The notes: a model not told the origin generated them from the letters alone. 9,344 nucleotides of DNA from a virus (IMGVR_UViG_2651869749_000001); one strand, 5' to 3'. Positions 1-9,010 are shown, counted from the first letter of the stretch. Translations and numbers: made by a program.

Positions 1-143
1 CGCAGAGTCTCCGGCGTACAGCCAATCTTTGGAGCAATGGAACAAATTGTCGCCCATTGTGAGTCATATTCGCCCTGACTTTCCAGAACCATACGGGCTG
101 CCCGTTGACGGACTTCAGGGGAAAAACGAGTATTTTTAGTCAT
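1..143 (-). CDS. IS3-family transposase OrfA, N-terminal fragment (partial, runs off window)
   Basis: Minus-strand translation from ATG 143..141: [48 protein letters not shown], recalled as the N-terminus of IS629-group OrfA. Confidence 0.8.
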   Translation of the reverse strand, partial: MTKNTRFSPEVRQRAARMVLESQGEYDSQWATICSIAPKIGCTPETL

Positions 144-197
144 CCTGTTTACCTCTTTCTCAGGGAGTTTAGTCTCCAGGATTCCCGGGGCGGTTCA
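1..197 (-). mobile_element. IS3-family insertion sequence, left terminal part (IS629/IS1203/IS3411-like); continues beyond window start
   Basis: Read on the minus strand, the element starts at 197 with terminus TGAACCGCCCCGGGAATCCTGGAGACT, followed by AGAGG RBS and an ATG at 143..141. Same sequence recurs in inverted orientation at 9250..9344. Family name is from memory of IS629-type ends, not a search. Confidence 0.85.
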
Positions 198-263
198 GTG
201 CAGTGTTTATTCTGTTATTTATGCCAAAAATAAAGGCCACTATCAGGCAGCTTTGTTGTTCTG

Positions 264-443
264 TTAACCAAGTTCTCTGGCAATCATTGCCGTCGTTCGT
301 ATTGCCCATTTATCGACATATTTCCCATCTTCTATTACAGGAAACATTTCTTCAGGCTTAACCATGCATTCCGATTGCAGCTTGCATCCATTGCATCGCT
401 TGAATTGTCCACACCATTGATTCTTATCAATAGTCGTAGTCAT
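264..443 (-). CDS. ral: Ral restriction-alleviation protein, apparently shortened by a premature TAA (59 codons vs recalled 66)
   Basis: Minus-strand translation from ATG 443..441: MTTTIDKNQWCGQFKRCNGCKLQSECMVKPEEMFPVIEDGKYVDKWAIRTTAMIARELG then TAA (plus 266..264). The next 18 nt stay in frame (QNNKAA) to a TGA at 245..243. Confidence 0.75.
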   Translation of the reverse strand: MTTTIDKNQWCGQFKRCNGCKLQSECMVKPEEMFPVIEDGKYVDKWAIRTTAMIARELG

Positions 444-513
444 ACGGATAGTCCTGGTACTGTTCCATTACATCCTGCGGATGCTCTTCGAACTCTTCAA
501 ATTCTTCTTCCAT
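427..513 (-). CDS. Small acidic 28-aa ORF overlapping the ral start (lambda orf28 position)
   Basis: Minus-strand ATG 513..511 encodes MEEEFEEFEEHPQDVMEQYQDYPYDYDY, stop at 429..427, overlapping ral by 17 nt. Short ORF; whether it is expressed cannot be judged from sequence. Confidence 0.4.
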   Translation of the reverse strand: MEEEFEEFEEHPQDVMEQYQDYPYDYDY

Positions 514-637
514 ATATCACCTTAAATAGTGGATTGCGGTAGTAAAGATTGTGCCTGTCTTTTAACCACATCAGGCTCGGTGGTTCTCGTGTACCCCTAC
601 AGCGAGAAATCGGATAAACTATTACAACCCCTACAGT

Positions 638-1192
638 TTGATGAGTATAGAAATGGATCCACTCGTTATTCTCGGACGAGTGTTCAGTAATGAACCTCTG
701 GAGAGAACCATGTATATGATCGTTATCTGGGTTGGACTTCTGCTTTTAAGCCCAGATAACTGGCCTGAATATGTTAATGAGAGAATCGGTATTCCTCATG
801 TGTGGCATGTTTTCGTCTTTGCTCTTGCATTTTCGCTAGCAATTAATGTGCATCGATTATCAGCTATTGCCAGCGCCAAATATAAGCGATTTAAGCTAAG
901 AAAACGCATTAAGATGCAAAACGATAAAGTGCGATCGGTAATTCAAAACCTTACAGAAGAGCAATCTATGGTTTTGTGCGCAGCCCTTAATGAAGGCAGG
1001 AAGTATGTGGTTACATCAAAACAATTCCCATACATTAGTGAGTTGATTGAGCTTGGTGTGTTGAACAAAACTTTTTCCCGATGGAACGGGAAGCATATAT
1101 TATTCCCTATTGAGGATATTTACTGGACTGAATTAGTTGCCAGCTATGATCCATATAATATTGAGATAAAGCCAAGGCCAATATCTAAGTAA
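638..1192 (+). CDS. sieB: Superinfection exclusion protein B-like membrane protein
   Basis: 184-codon ORF convergent with N, stop abutting the N stop. Two hydrophobic segments (MYMIVIWVGLLLLSP; VWHVFVFALAFSLAINV). Position between ral and N matches lambda sieB. First codon at 638 is TTG; in-frame ATGs at 641 and 656, so the true start is uncertain. Confidence 0.7.
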   Translation: MMSIEMDPLVILGRVFSNEPLERTMYMIVIWVGLLLLSPDNWPEYVNERIGIPHVWHVFVFALAFSLAINVHRLSAIASAKYKRFKLRKRIKMQNDKVRSVIQNLTEEQSMVLCAALNEGRKYVVTSKQFPYISELIELGVLNKTFSRWNGKHILFPIEDIYWTELVASYDPYNIEIKPRPISK

Positions 1193-1516
1193 CTAGGTAA
1201 GAGGAATCGATTTTCCCTTAATTTTCTGGCGTCCACTGCATGTTATGCCGCGTTCGCCAGGCTTGCTGTACCATGTGCGCTGATTCTTGCGCTCAATACG
1301 TTGCAGGTTGCTTTCAATCTGTTCGTGGTATTCAGCCAGCACTGTAAGGTCTATCGGATTCAGTGCGCTTTCTACTCGTGATTTCGGTTTGCGATTCAGC
1401 GAGAGAATAGGGCGGTTAACTGGTTTTGCGCTTACCCCAACCAACAGGGGATTTGCTACTTTCCATTGAGCCTGTTTCTCTGCGCGACGTTCGCGGCGGC
1501 GTGTTTGTGCATCCAT
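1193..1516 (-). CDS. N: Antitermination protein N
   Basis: Minus-strand translation from ATG 1516..1514: MDAQTRRRERRAEKQAQWKVANPLLVGVSAKPVNRP... with arginine-rich N-terminal motif, recognised as lambda N. The 133-aa track ORF is an upstream in-frame extension. nutL lies upstream. Confidence 0.95.
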   Translation of the reverse strand: MDAQTRRRERRAEKQAQWKVANPLLVGVSAKPVNRPILSLNRKPKSRVESALNPIDLTVLAEYHEQIESNLQRIERKNQRTWYSKPGERGITCSGRQKIKGKSIPLT

Positions 1517-1670
1517 CTGGATTCTCTTGTCAGTTAGCTTTGGTGGTGTGTGTGAGTCGTAGTCCTGAACGAAAACACCCCACGATTGGCTCATTTGCAG
1601 CTAATCCGGATTCGCACTTCCGGCCAATGCTTCGTTTCGTATCACACACCCCAAAGCCTTCTGCTTTGAA

Positions 1671-1705
1671 TGCTGCCCTTCTTCAGGGCTTAATTTTTAA
1701 GAGCA
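1671..1705 (-). promoter_or_regulatory. nutL site (boxA-like GCTCTTAA + boxB hairpin GCCCTGAAGAAGGGC)
   Basis: Minus strand reads TGCTCTTAAAAATTAAGCCCTGAAGAAGGGCAGCA; boxB is a perfect 5-bp stem with 5-nt loop, between pL/OL and N. Confidence 0.85.
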
Positions 1706-1750
1706 TCACCTTCAATGGTGGTCAGTGCGTCCTGCTGATGGCTTAAAATT

Positions 1751-1819
1751 ACAAGAAAGATTGTATGTTGTAAACAAGAAATATTGTAAAAAAGGGGCAT
1801 GAAAAACAAACTCCATTGT
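1751..1819 (-). promoter_or_regulatory. Left operator OL (three 434-type 14-bp sites) overlapping promoter pL
   Basis: Three 14-bp ACAA-N6-TTGT operators: ACAAGAAAGATTGT (1751..1764), ACAAGAAATATTGT (1774..1787), ACAAACTCCATTGT (1806..1819), same class as the OR sites. Exact -35/-10 of pL not assigned. Confidence 0.75.
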
Positions 1820-1869
1820 TTTTAAACGGAAAATAGTTTGTTTTTTGGTTATCGAGATTGAGGTGGGGA

Positions 1870-3225
<1,356 letters not shown>

Positions 3226-3233
3226 GATATTCC

Positions 3234-3265
3234 CGCTCTTACACATCCCAGCCCTGAAAAAGGGC
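3234..3265 (+). promoter_or_regulatory. nutR site (boxA CGCTCTTAC + boxB GCCCTGAAAAAGGGC)
   Basis: CGCTCTTAC at 3234..3242 and hairpin GCCCTGAAAAAGGGC at 3251..3265, immediately downstream of cro. Confidence 0.9.
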
Positions 3266-3319
3266 ATCAAATTAAACCACACCTATGGTGTATGCATTTA
3301 TTTGCATACATTCAATCAA

Positions 3320-3367
3320 TTGTTATCTAAGGAAATACTTACATATGGTTCGTGCAAACAAACGCAA
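3320..3367 (-). promoter_or_regulatory. pRE promoter region with cII-binding TTGC-N6-TTGC repeat (leftward)
   Basis: Minus strand across the cII start reads TTGCGTTTGTTTGC (plus 3354..3367), the direct TTGC repeats that cII binds at lambda pRE. Promoter boundaries approximate. Confidence 0.6.
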
Positions 3368-3638
3368 CGAGGCTCTACGAATCGAGAGTGCGTTGCTTAA
3401 CAAAATCGCAATGCTTGGAACTGAGAAGACAGCGGAAGCTGTGGGCGTTGATAAGTCGCAGATCAGCAGGTGGAAGAGGGACTGGATTCCAAAGTTCTCA
3501 ATGCTGCTTGCTGTTCTTGAATGGGGGGTCGTTGACGACGACATGGCTCGATTGGCGCGACAAGTTGCTGCGATTCTCACCAATAAAAAACGCCCGGCGG
3601 CAACCGAGCGTTCTGAACAAATCCAGATGGAGTTCTGA
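3345..3638 (+). CDS. cII: Transcriptional activator cII (97 aa)
   Basis: ATG at 3345; translation MVRANKRNEALRIESALLNKIAMLGTEKTAEAVGVDKSQISRWKRDWIPKF...IQMEF recognised as lambda cII. Confidence 0.95.
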   Translation: MVRANKRNEALRIESALLNKIAMLGTEKTAEAVGVDKSQISRWKRDWIPKFSMLLAVLEWGVVDDDMARLARQVAAILTNKKRPAATERSEQIQMEF

Positions 3639-3662
3639 GGTCATTACTGGATCTATCAACAG
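3586..3662 (-). ncRNA. oop: oop antisense RNA (approximate ends), overlapping the 3' end of cII
   Basis: Minus-strand intrinsic terminator: stem CGCTCGG/CCGGGCG (plus 3591..3610) followed by T6 (plus A-run 3585..3590), inside the cII 3' end. Position matches lambda oop; the 5' end is placed by recalled length only. Confidence 0.5.
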
Positions 3663-3670
3663 GAGTCATT

Positions 3671-4570
3671 ATGACAAATACAGCAAAAATACTCAACTTC
3701 GGCAGAGGTAACTTTGCCGGACAGGAGCGTAATGTGGCAGATCTCGATGATGGTTACGCCAGACTATCAAATATGCTGCTTGAGGCTTATTCGGGCGCAG
3801 ATCTGACCAAGCGACAGTTTAAAGTGCTGCTTGCCATTCTGCGTAAAACCTATGGGTGGAATAAACCAATGGACAGAGTCACCGATTCTCAACTTAGCGA
3901 GATTACAAAGTTACCCGTCAAACGGTGCAATGAAGCCAAGTTAGAACTCGTCAGAATGAATATTATCAAGCAGCAAGGCGGCATGTTTGGACCAAATAAA
4001 AACATCTCAGAATGGTGTATCCCTCAAAACGAGGGAAAATCCCCTAAAACGAGGGATAAAACATCCCTCAAATTGGGGGATTGCTATCCCTCAAAACAGA
4101 GGGACACAAAAGACACTATTACAAAAGAAAAAAGAAAAGATTATTCGTCAGAGAATTCTGGCGAATCCTCTGACCAGCCAGAAAACGATCTTTCTGTGGT
4201 GAAACCGGATGCTGCAATTCAGAGCGGCAGCAAGTGGGGGACAGCAGAAGACCTGACCGCCGCAGAGTGGATGTTTGACATGGTGAAGACCATCGCGCCA
4301 TCAGCCAGAAAACCGAATTTTGCAGGGTGGGCTAACGATATCCGCCTGATGCGTGAACGTGACGGACGTAACCACCGCGACATGTGCGTGCTGTTCCGCT
4401 GGGCATGCCAGGACAACTTCTGGTCCGGTAACGTGCTTAGTCCGGCCAAACTCCGCGACAAGTGGACCCAGCTCGAAATCAACCGTAACAAGCAACAGGC
4501 AGTCGTGACAGCCAGCAAACCAAAACTCGACCTGACAAACACAGACTGGATTTACGGGGTGGATCTATGA
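3671..4570 (+). CDS. O: Replication initiator protein O (299 aa), containing the origin
   Basis: AGGAG RBS then ATG at 3671; translation MTNTAKILNFGRGNFAGQERN... recognised as lambda O; iterons lie inside the ORF. Confidence 0.95.
   Translation: MTNTAKILNFGRGNFAGQERNVADLDDGYARLSNMLLEAYSGADLTKRQFKVLLAILRKTYGWNKPMDRVTDSQLSEITKLPVKRCNEAKLELVRMNIIKQQGGMFGPNKNISEWCIPQNEGKSPKTRDKTSLKLGDCYPSKQRDTKDTITKEKRKDYSSENSGESSDQPENDLSVVKPDAAIQSGSKWGTAEDLTAAEWMFDMVKTIAPSARKPNFAGWANDIRLMRERDGRNHRDMCVLFRWACQDNFWSGNVLSPAKLRDKWTQLEINRNKQQAVVTASKPKLDLTNTDWIYGVDL
4019..4145. repeat. ori-lambda: four ~19-bp O-binding iterons followed by an A/T-rich unwinding region
   Basis: Four tandem copies of ATCCCTCAAAACGAGGGA-like units (each an internal inverted repeat TCCCTC..GAGGGA) at about 4019..4105, then A-rich tract ACAAAAGAAAAAAGAAAAGATTATT (about 4117..4145). 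Confidence 0.9.
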
Positions 4571-5268
4571 AAAACATCGCCGCACAGATGGTTAACTTTG
4601 ACCGTGAGCAGATGCGTCGGATCGCCAACAACATGCCGGAACAGTACGACGAAAAGCCGCAGGTACAGCAGGTAGCGCAGATCATCAACGGTGTGTTCAG
4701 CCAGTTACTGGCAACTTTCCCGGCGAGCCTGGCTAACCGTGACCAGAACGAAGTGAACGAAATCCGTCGCCAGTGGGTTCTGGCTTTTCGGGAAAACGGG
4801 ATCACCACGATGGAACAGGTTAACGCAGGAATGCGCGTAGCCCGTCGGCAGAATCGACCATTTCTGCCATCACCCGGGCAGTTTGTTGCATGGTGCCGGG
4901 AAGAAGCATCCGTTATCGCCGGACTGCCAAACGTCAGCGAGCTGGTTGATATGGTTTACGAGTATTGCCGGAAGCGAGGCCTGTATCCGGATGCGGAGTC
5001 TTATCCGTGGAAATCAAACGCGCACTACTGGCTGGTTACCAACCTGTATCAGAACATGCGGGCCAATGCGCTTACTGATGCGGAATTACGGCGCAAGGCT
5101 GCCGATGAACTGACCTGTATGACAGCGCGAATTAACCGTGGTGAGACGATACCTGAACCAGTAAAACAACTTCCTGTTATGGGCGGTAGACCTCTAAATC
5201 GTGCACAGGCTCTGGCGAAGATCGCAGAAATTAAAGCTAAGTTCGGACTGAAAGGAGCAAGTGTATGA
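4567..5268 (+). CDS. P: Replication protein P (DnaB helicase loader, 233 aa)
   Basis: ATG at 4567 overlaps the O stop (ATGA); translation MKNIAAQMVNFDREQMRRIANNMPEQYDEKPQ... recognised as lambda P. Confidence 0.95.
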   Translation: MKNIAAQMVNFDREQMRRIANNMPEQYDEKPQVQQVAQIINGVFSQLLATFPASLANRDQNEVNEIRRQWVLAFRENGITTMEQVNAGMRVARRQNRPFLPSPGQFVAWCREEASVIAGLPNVSELVDMVYEYCRKRGLYPDAESYPWKSNAHYWLVTNLYQNMRANALTDAELRRKAADELTCMTARINRGETIPEPVKQLPVMGGRPLNRAQALAKIAEIKAKFGLKGASV

Positions 5269-5555
5269 CGGGCAAAGAGGCAATTATTCATTACCTGGGG
5301 ACGCATAATAGCTTCTGTGCGCCGGACGTTGCCGCGCTAACAGGCGCAACAGTAACCAGCATAAATCAGGCCGCGGCTAAAATGGCACGGGCAGGTCTTC
5401 TGGTTATCGAAGGTAAGGTCTGGCGAACGGTGTATTACCGGTTTGCTACCAGGGAAGAACGGGAAGGAAAGATGAGCACGAACCTGATTTTTAAGGAGTG
5501 TCGCCAGAGTGCCGCGATGAAACGGGTATTGGCGGTATATGGAGTTAAAAGATGA
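5265..5555 (+). CDS. ren: Ren protein (96 aa)
   Basis: ATG overlaps the P stop; translation MTGKEAIIHYLGTHNSFCAPDVAALTGATVTS... recognised as lambda Ren. Confidence 0.9.
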   Translation: MTGKEAIIHYLGTHNSFCAPDVAALTGATVTSINQAAAKMARAGLLVIEGKVWRTVYYRFATREEREGKMSTNLIFKECRQSAAMKRVLAVYGVKR

Positions 5556-5582
5556 CCATCTACATTACTGAGCTAATAACAG

Positions 5583-5609
5583 GCCTGCTGGTAATCGCAG
5601 GCCTTTTTA
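5583..5609 (+). terminator. Intrinsic terminator between ren and ninB (lambda tR2 position)
   Basis: Perfect hairpin GGCCTGC-TGGTAATC-GCAGGCC (5583..5604) followed by TTTTT. Confidence 0.75.
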
Positions 5610-5628
5610 TTTGGGGGAGAGGGAAGTC

Positions 5629-6069
5629 ATGAAAAAACTAACCTTTGAAATTCGATCTCCAGCACATCAGCAAAACGCTATTCACGCAGTACAGCAAATC
5701 CTTCCAGACCCAACCAAACCAATCGTAGTAACCATTCAGGAACGCAACCGCAGCTTAGACCAAAATAGGAAGCTATGGGCCTGCTTAGGTGACGTCTCTC
5801 GTCAGGTTGAATGGCATGGTCGCTGGCTGGATGCAGAAAGCTGGAAGTGTGTGTTTACCGCAGCATTAAAGCAGCAGGATGTTGTTCCTAACCTTGCCGG
5901 GAATGGCTTTGTGGTAATAGGCCAGTCAACCAGCAGGATGCGTGTAGGCGAATTTGCGGAGCTATTAGAGCTTATACAGGCATTCGGTACAGAGCGTGGC
6001 GTTAAGTGGTCAGACGAAGCGAGACTGGCTCTGGAGTGGAAAGCGAGATGGGGAGATCGGGCTGCATGA
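5629..6069 (+). CDS. ninB: NinB (Orf family recombination mediator, 146 aa)
   Basis: ATG at 5629 preceded by GGGAAG; translation MKKLTFEIRSPAHQQNAIHAVQQILPDPTKP... recognised as lambda NinB. The track ORF from 5611 is a short upstream extension. Confidence 0.9.
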   Translation: MKKLTFEIRSPAHQQNAIHAVQQILPDPTKPIVVTIQERNRSLDQNRKLWACLGDVSRQVEWHGRWLDAESWKCVFTAALKQQDVVPNLAGNGFVVIGQSTSRMRVGEFAELLELIQAFGTERGVKWSDEARLALEWKARWGDRAA

Positions 6070-6593
6070 CTATCAAATCAAATACGCCAGCACACGACAA
6101 GGACTGCTGGCAAACGCCGCTTTGGCTTTTTGATGCACTGGATATTGAGTTTGGATTCTGGCTGGATTCGGCAGCGAGCGACAAAAATGCTCTGTGCGCT
6201 CACTGGTTAACTGAGGCCGACGACGCGCTCAATTCTGAGTGGGTAAGCCACGGTGCAATCTGGAATAACCCACCGTACAGCAATATCAGGCCGTGGGTGG
6301 AAAAAGCCGCTGAGCAGTGCATACAACAGCGACAGACGGTAGTGATGCTTGTGCCAGAGGATATGTCTGTCGGATGGTTCAGCAAGGCTCTGGAGAGTGT
6401 TGACGAAGTTCGTATTATCACTGATGGACGGATTAATTTTATCGAACCATCGACAGGGCTGGAGAAGAAGGGAAACAGCAAAGGTTCCATGCTGCTGATT
6501 TGGCGACCGTTCATCAGTCCTCGACGGATGTTTACTACCGTATCCAAAGCGGCATTGATGGCGATCGGGCAGGGCGTCAGGAGGGCGGCATGA
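6066..6593 (+). CDS. Phage DNA N6-adenine methyltransferase (Dam-like), in the ninC position
   Basis: ATG at 6066 overlaps the ninB stop (ATGA). Translation [25 protein letters not shown]...[17 protein letters not shown]... contains the NPPY catalytic motif of N6-adenine methyltransferases. No adjacent restriction endonuclease gene. Confidence 0.8.
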   Translation: MTIKSNTPAHDKDCWQTPLWLFDALDIEFGFWLDSAASDKNALCAHWLTEADDALNSEWVSHGAIWNNPPYSNIRPWVEKAAEQCIQQRQTVVMLVPEDMSVGWFSKALESVDEVRIITDGRINFIEPSTGLEKKGNSKGSMLLIWRPFISPRRMFTTVSKAALMAIGQGVRRAA

Positions 6594-6766
6594 GACGACA
6601 GCGACGAAGTATCACCGACATCATCTGCGAAAACTGCAAATACCTTCCAACGAAACGCTCCAGAAATAAACGCAAGCCAATCCCAAAAGAATCTGACGTA
6701 AAAACCTTCAATTACACGGCTCACCTGTGGGATATCCGGTGGCTAAGACATCGTGCGAGGAAATGA
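6590..6766 (+). CDS. ninE: NinE-like small basic protein (58 aa)
   Basis: ATG overlaps the methyltransferase stop; translation [58 protein letters not shown]; CxxC pair; assigned to NinE from memory. Confidence 0.7.
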   Translation: MRRQRRSITDIICENCKYLPTKRSRNKRKPIPKESDVKTFNYTAHLWDIRWLRHRARK

Positions 6767-7122
6767 CAATGGATTATTCACAGTTAAGTGATTTTGAAAT
6801 TAACAGAATGGTAGGAGACATAATTTTTAAAGGCCTTTGGGCATGTAAACCGGAAACATCAGGGAATAACACCAACAAATGGTATTACGGAAATGCTGAT
6901 ACAACTTTTGAGCCATTAAACCCTTTGCCTGACTACTGCAATGATCCTAGCGCCTCATGGCCGATTATTGAGAAGTACAGGATTAGCATCATCAATCTCG
7001 ATGAAGACGAGTGGGGTGCACGTGGTGTGGCCGACTGTAAATCTAAGCGAGCTATACATGAAAATTCCCTCCGCGCCGCCATGATTGTCTTTCTCATGAT
7101 GCAGGACGCCAATAATGCTTAG
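6763..7122 (+). CDS. Hypothetical nin-region protein (119 aa) between ninE and ninF (P22 ninX position)
   Basis: ATG at 6763 overlaps the ninE stop (ATGA); translation [34 protein letters not shown].... Absent from lambda's nin region as I recall it. No function inferable. Confidence 0.55.
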   Translation: MTMDYSQLSDFEINRMVGDIIFKGLWACKPETSGNNTNKWYYGNADTTFEPLNPLPDYCNDPSASWPIIEKYRISIINLDEDEWGARGVADCKSKRAIHENSLRAAMIVFLMMQDANNA

Positions 7123-7291
7123 CCCATCCCAATCTCTTCAATACCAGAAAGAAAGCGTCGAGCGGGCTTTAACGTGCGCTAACTGCGGTCAGAAGCTGCA
7201 TGTGCTGGAAGTTCATGTGTGTGAGCACTGCTGCGCAGAACTGATGAGCGATCCGAATAGCTCAATGTACGAGGAAGAAGACGATGAGTGA
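7115..7291 (+). CDS. ninF: NinF-like small Cys-rich protein (58 aa)
   Basis: ORF below the track size cutoff, found by reading: ATG 7115, [58 protein letters not shown], stop 7289..7291. CxxC...CxxCC pattern with acidic tail; overlaps the upstream ORF by 8 nt. Confidence 0.65.
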   Translation: MLSPSQSLQYQKESVERALTCANCGQKLHVLEVHVCEHCCAELMSDPNSSMYEEEDDE

Positions 7292-7553
7292 TTTCTCTGA
7301 GCTTATTTCCTTCAAAAAAGACAGAGAAGAAATGCGGACTGAATCTGTCTATTACGTTCAACACCGGAATAAACGCTCGGTGCTTGATCAGGAGCTGGTT
7401 ATTACCGGAGACCTGGCATTCAGAACATATAAGGCCAGCATGGAAATGAAGGATTTCCCTAAATGTGGTTCTGAAAGAGAAGCCGCGTTAAAGCTGGCAG
7501 AGTGGATGCAGAGAATGGCTGCTGCAATTGAGAATTACTGGAGCGAACCATAA
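7284..7553 (+). CDS. Hypothetical protein (89 aa) between ninF and ninG
   Basis: ATG at 7284 overlaps the ninF 3' end; stop TAA overlaps the ninG ATG (TAATG). Translation [44 protein letters not shown].... No recognisable motif. Confidence 0.5.
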   Translation: MSDFSELISFKKDREEMRTESVYYVQHRNKRSVLDQELVITGDLAFRTYKASMEMKDFPKCGSEREAALKLAEWMQRMAAAIENYWSEP

Positions 7554-8164
7554 TGGCTAAACAAGCGCGAAGACGATGTAAAAACGAAGAATGTCGGGAA
7601 TGGTTTCACCCTGCATTCGCTAATCAGTGGTGGTGCTCTCCAGAGTGTGGAACAAAGATAGCACTGGAACGACGAAGCAAAGAACGCGAAAAAGCGGAAA
7701 AAGCAGCAGAGAAGAAACGACGACGAGAGGAGCAGAAACAGAAAGATAAACTGAAGATTCGAAAACTCGCCTTAAAGCCCCGCAGTTACTGGATTAAACA
7801 AGCCCAACAAGCTGTAAACGCCTTCATCAGAGAAAGAGACCGCGACTTACCATGTATCTCGTGCGGAACGCTCACGTCTGCTCAGTGGGATGCCGGACAT
7901 TACCGGACAACTGCTGCGGCACCTCAACTCCGATTTGATGAACGCAATATTCACAAGCAATGCGTGGTGTGCAACCAGCACAAAAGCGGAAATCTCGTTC
8001 CGTATCGCGTCGAACTGATTAACCGCATCGGGCAGGAAGCAGTAGACGAAATCGAATCAAACCATAGCCGCCATCGCTGGACTGTCGAAGAGTGCAAGGC
8101 GATCAAGGCAGAGTACCAACAGAAACTCAAAGACCTGCGAAATAGCAGAAGTGAGGCCGCATGA
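7553..8164 (+). CDS. ninG: NinG / Rap recombination-associated endonuclease (203 aa)
   Basis: Translation [61 protein letters not shown]... recognised as lambda NinG, with Cys clusters (CKNEEC, CSPEC, CISC, CVVC). Confidence 0.9.
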   Translation: MAKQARRRCKNEECREWFHPAFANQWWCSPECGTKIALERRSKEREKAEKAAEKKRRREEQKQKDKLKIRKLALKPRSYWIKQAQQAVNAFIRERDRDLPCISCGTLTSAQWDAGHYRTTAAAPQLRFDERNIHKQCVVCNQHKSGNLVPYRVELINRIGQEAVDEIESNHSRHRWTVEECKAIKAEYQQKLKDLRNSRSEAA

Positions 8165-8367
8165 CGTTCTCAGTAAAAACCATTCCAGACATGCTCGTTG
8201 AAGCATACGGAAACCAGACAGAAGTAGCACGCAGACTGAAATGTAGTCGCGGTACGGTCAGAAAATACGTTGATGATAAAGACGGGAAAATGCACGCCAT
8301 CGTCAACGATGTTCTTATGGTTCATCGCGGATGGAGTGAAAGAGATGCGCTATTACGAAAAAATTGA
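8161..8367 (+). CDS. ninH: NinH (68 aa, small DNA-binding-like protein)
   Basis: ATG overlaps the ninG stop (ATGA); translation [43 protein letters not shown]... recognised as lambda NinH. Confidence 0.85.
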   Translation: MTFSVKTIPDMLVEAYGNQTEVARRLKCSRGTVRKYVDDKDGKMHAIVNDVLMVHRGWSERDALLRKN

Positions 8368-9010
8368 TGGCAGCAAATACCGAAATATTTGGGTAGTTGG
8401 CGATCTGCACGGATGCTACACGAACCTGATGAACAAACTGGATACGATTGGATTCGACAACAAAAAAGACCTGCTTATCTCGGTGGGCGATTTGGTTGAT
8501 CGTGGTGCAGAGAACGTAGAATGCCTGGAATTAATCACATTCCCCTGGTTCAGAGCTGTACGTGGAAACCATGAGCAAATGATGATTGATGGCTTATCAG
8601 AGCGTGGAAACGTTAATCACTGGCTGCTTAATGGCGGTGGATGGTTCTTTAATCTCGATTACGACAAAGAAATTCTGGCTAAAGCTCTTGCCCATAAAGC
8701 AGATGAACTTCCGTTAATCATCGAACTGGTGAGCAAAGATAAAAAATATGTCATCTGCCACGCCGATTATCCTTGTGACGAATACGAGTTTGGAAAACCA
8801 GTTGATCATCAGCAGGTAATCTGGAACCGCGAACGAATCAGCAACTCACAAGACGGGATCGTGAAAGAAATCAAAGGTGCGGACACGTTCATCTTTGGTC
8901 ATACGCCAGCAGTGAAACCACTCAAGTTTGCCAACCAGATGTATATCGATACCGGCGCAGTGTTCTGCGGAAACCTCACATTGATTCAGGTACAGGGAGA
9001 AGGCGCATGA
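8345..9010 (+). CDS. ninI: NinI serine/threonine protein phosphatase (221 aa)
   Basis: ATG at 8345 ([25 protein letters not shown]...); metallophosphatase motifs GDLHG, GDLVDRG, GNHE. The track ORF from 8270 is an upstream extension overlapping ninH. Confidence 0.9.
   Translation: MRYYEKIDGSKYRNIWVVGDLHGCYTNLMNKLDTIGFDNKKDLLISVGDLVDRGAENVECLELITFPWFRAVRGNHEQMMIDGLSERGNVNHWLLNGGGWFFNLDYDKEILAKALAHKADELPLIIELVSKDKKYVICHADYPCDEYEFGKPVDHQQVIWNRERISNSQDGIVKEIKGADTFIFGHTPAVKPLKFANQMYIDTGAVFCGNLTLIQVQGEGA

Noticed and set aside
198-263. Possible terminator (tL2-like) in the 66 bp between the IS end and ral
   Set aside because: I could not find a convincing hairpin followed by a T-tract on the minus strand.
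1517-1594. Upstream in-frame extension of N (133-aa track ORF)
   Set aside because: The recognised N protein begins at MDAQTRRR (ATG 1516..1514); the extension is open leader sequence.
1287-1746. Plus-strand track ORFs 1287..1469 and 1426..1746
   Set aside because: Antisense to the well-supported N gene and nutL leader; no RBS or recognisable motif.
4019-4105. Tandem short repeats that might suggest a CRISPR-like array
   Set aside because: These are the four O-binding iterons of ori-lambda inside O: about 19-bp units with no spacers of CRISPR length and no cas genes.
3987-4808. Five track ORFs inside O and the start of P (3987..4202 +, 4119..4301 -, 4219..4542 -, 4301..4495 -, 4479..4808 -)
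   Set aside because: All lie within the O/P coding sequences in other frames or antisense; one is a run of codons across the ori iterons.
4883-5306. Track ORFs 4883..5113 (+) and 5049..5306 (-)
   Set aside because: Embedded in P in alternative frame or antisense.
5552-5632. 26-aa hydrophobic mini-ORF (MTIYITELITGLLVIAGLFIWGRGKS) spanning the tR2 hairpin
   Set aside because: It is built almost entirely from the terminator stem-loop and T-tract, with no independent evidence of translation.
6002-6724. Track ORFs 6002..6184 (-), 6200..6724 (-), and the 5' extensions of 6006..6593 and 6500..6766
   Set aside because: Antisense or upstream extensions of the coupled ninB / methyltransferase / ninE genes.
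7179-7364. Minus-strand 61-aa ORF
   Set aside because: Antisense to ninF and the 89-aa ORF; no translation signals.
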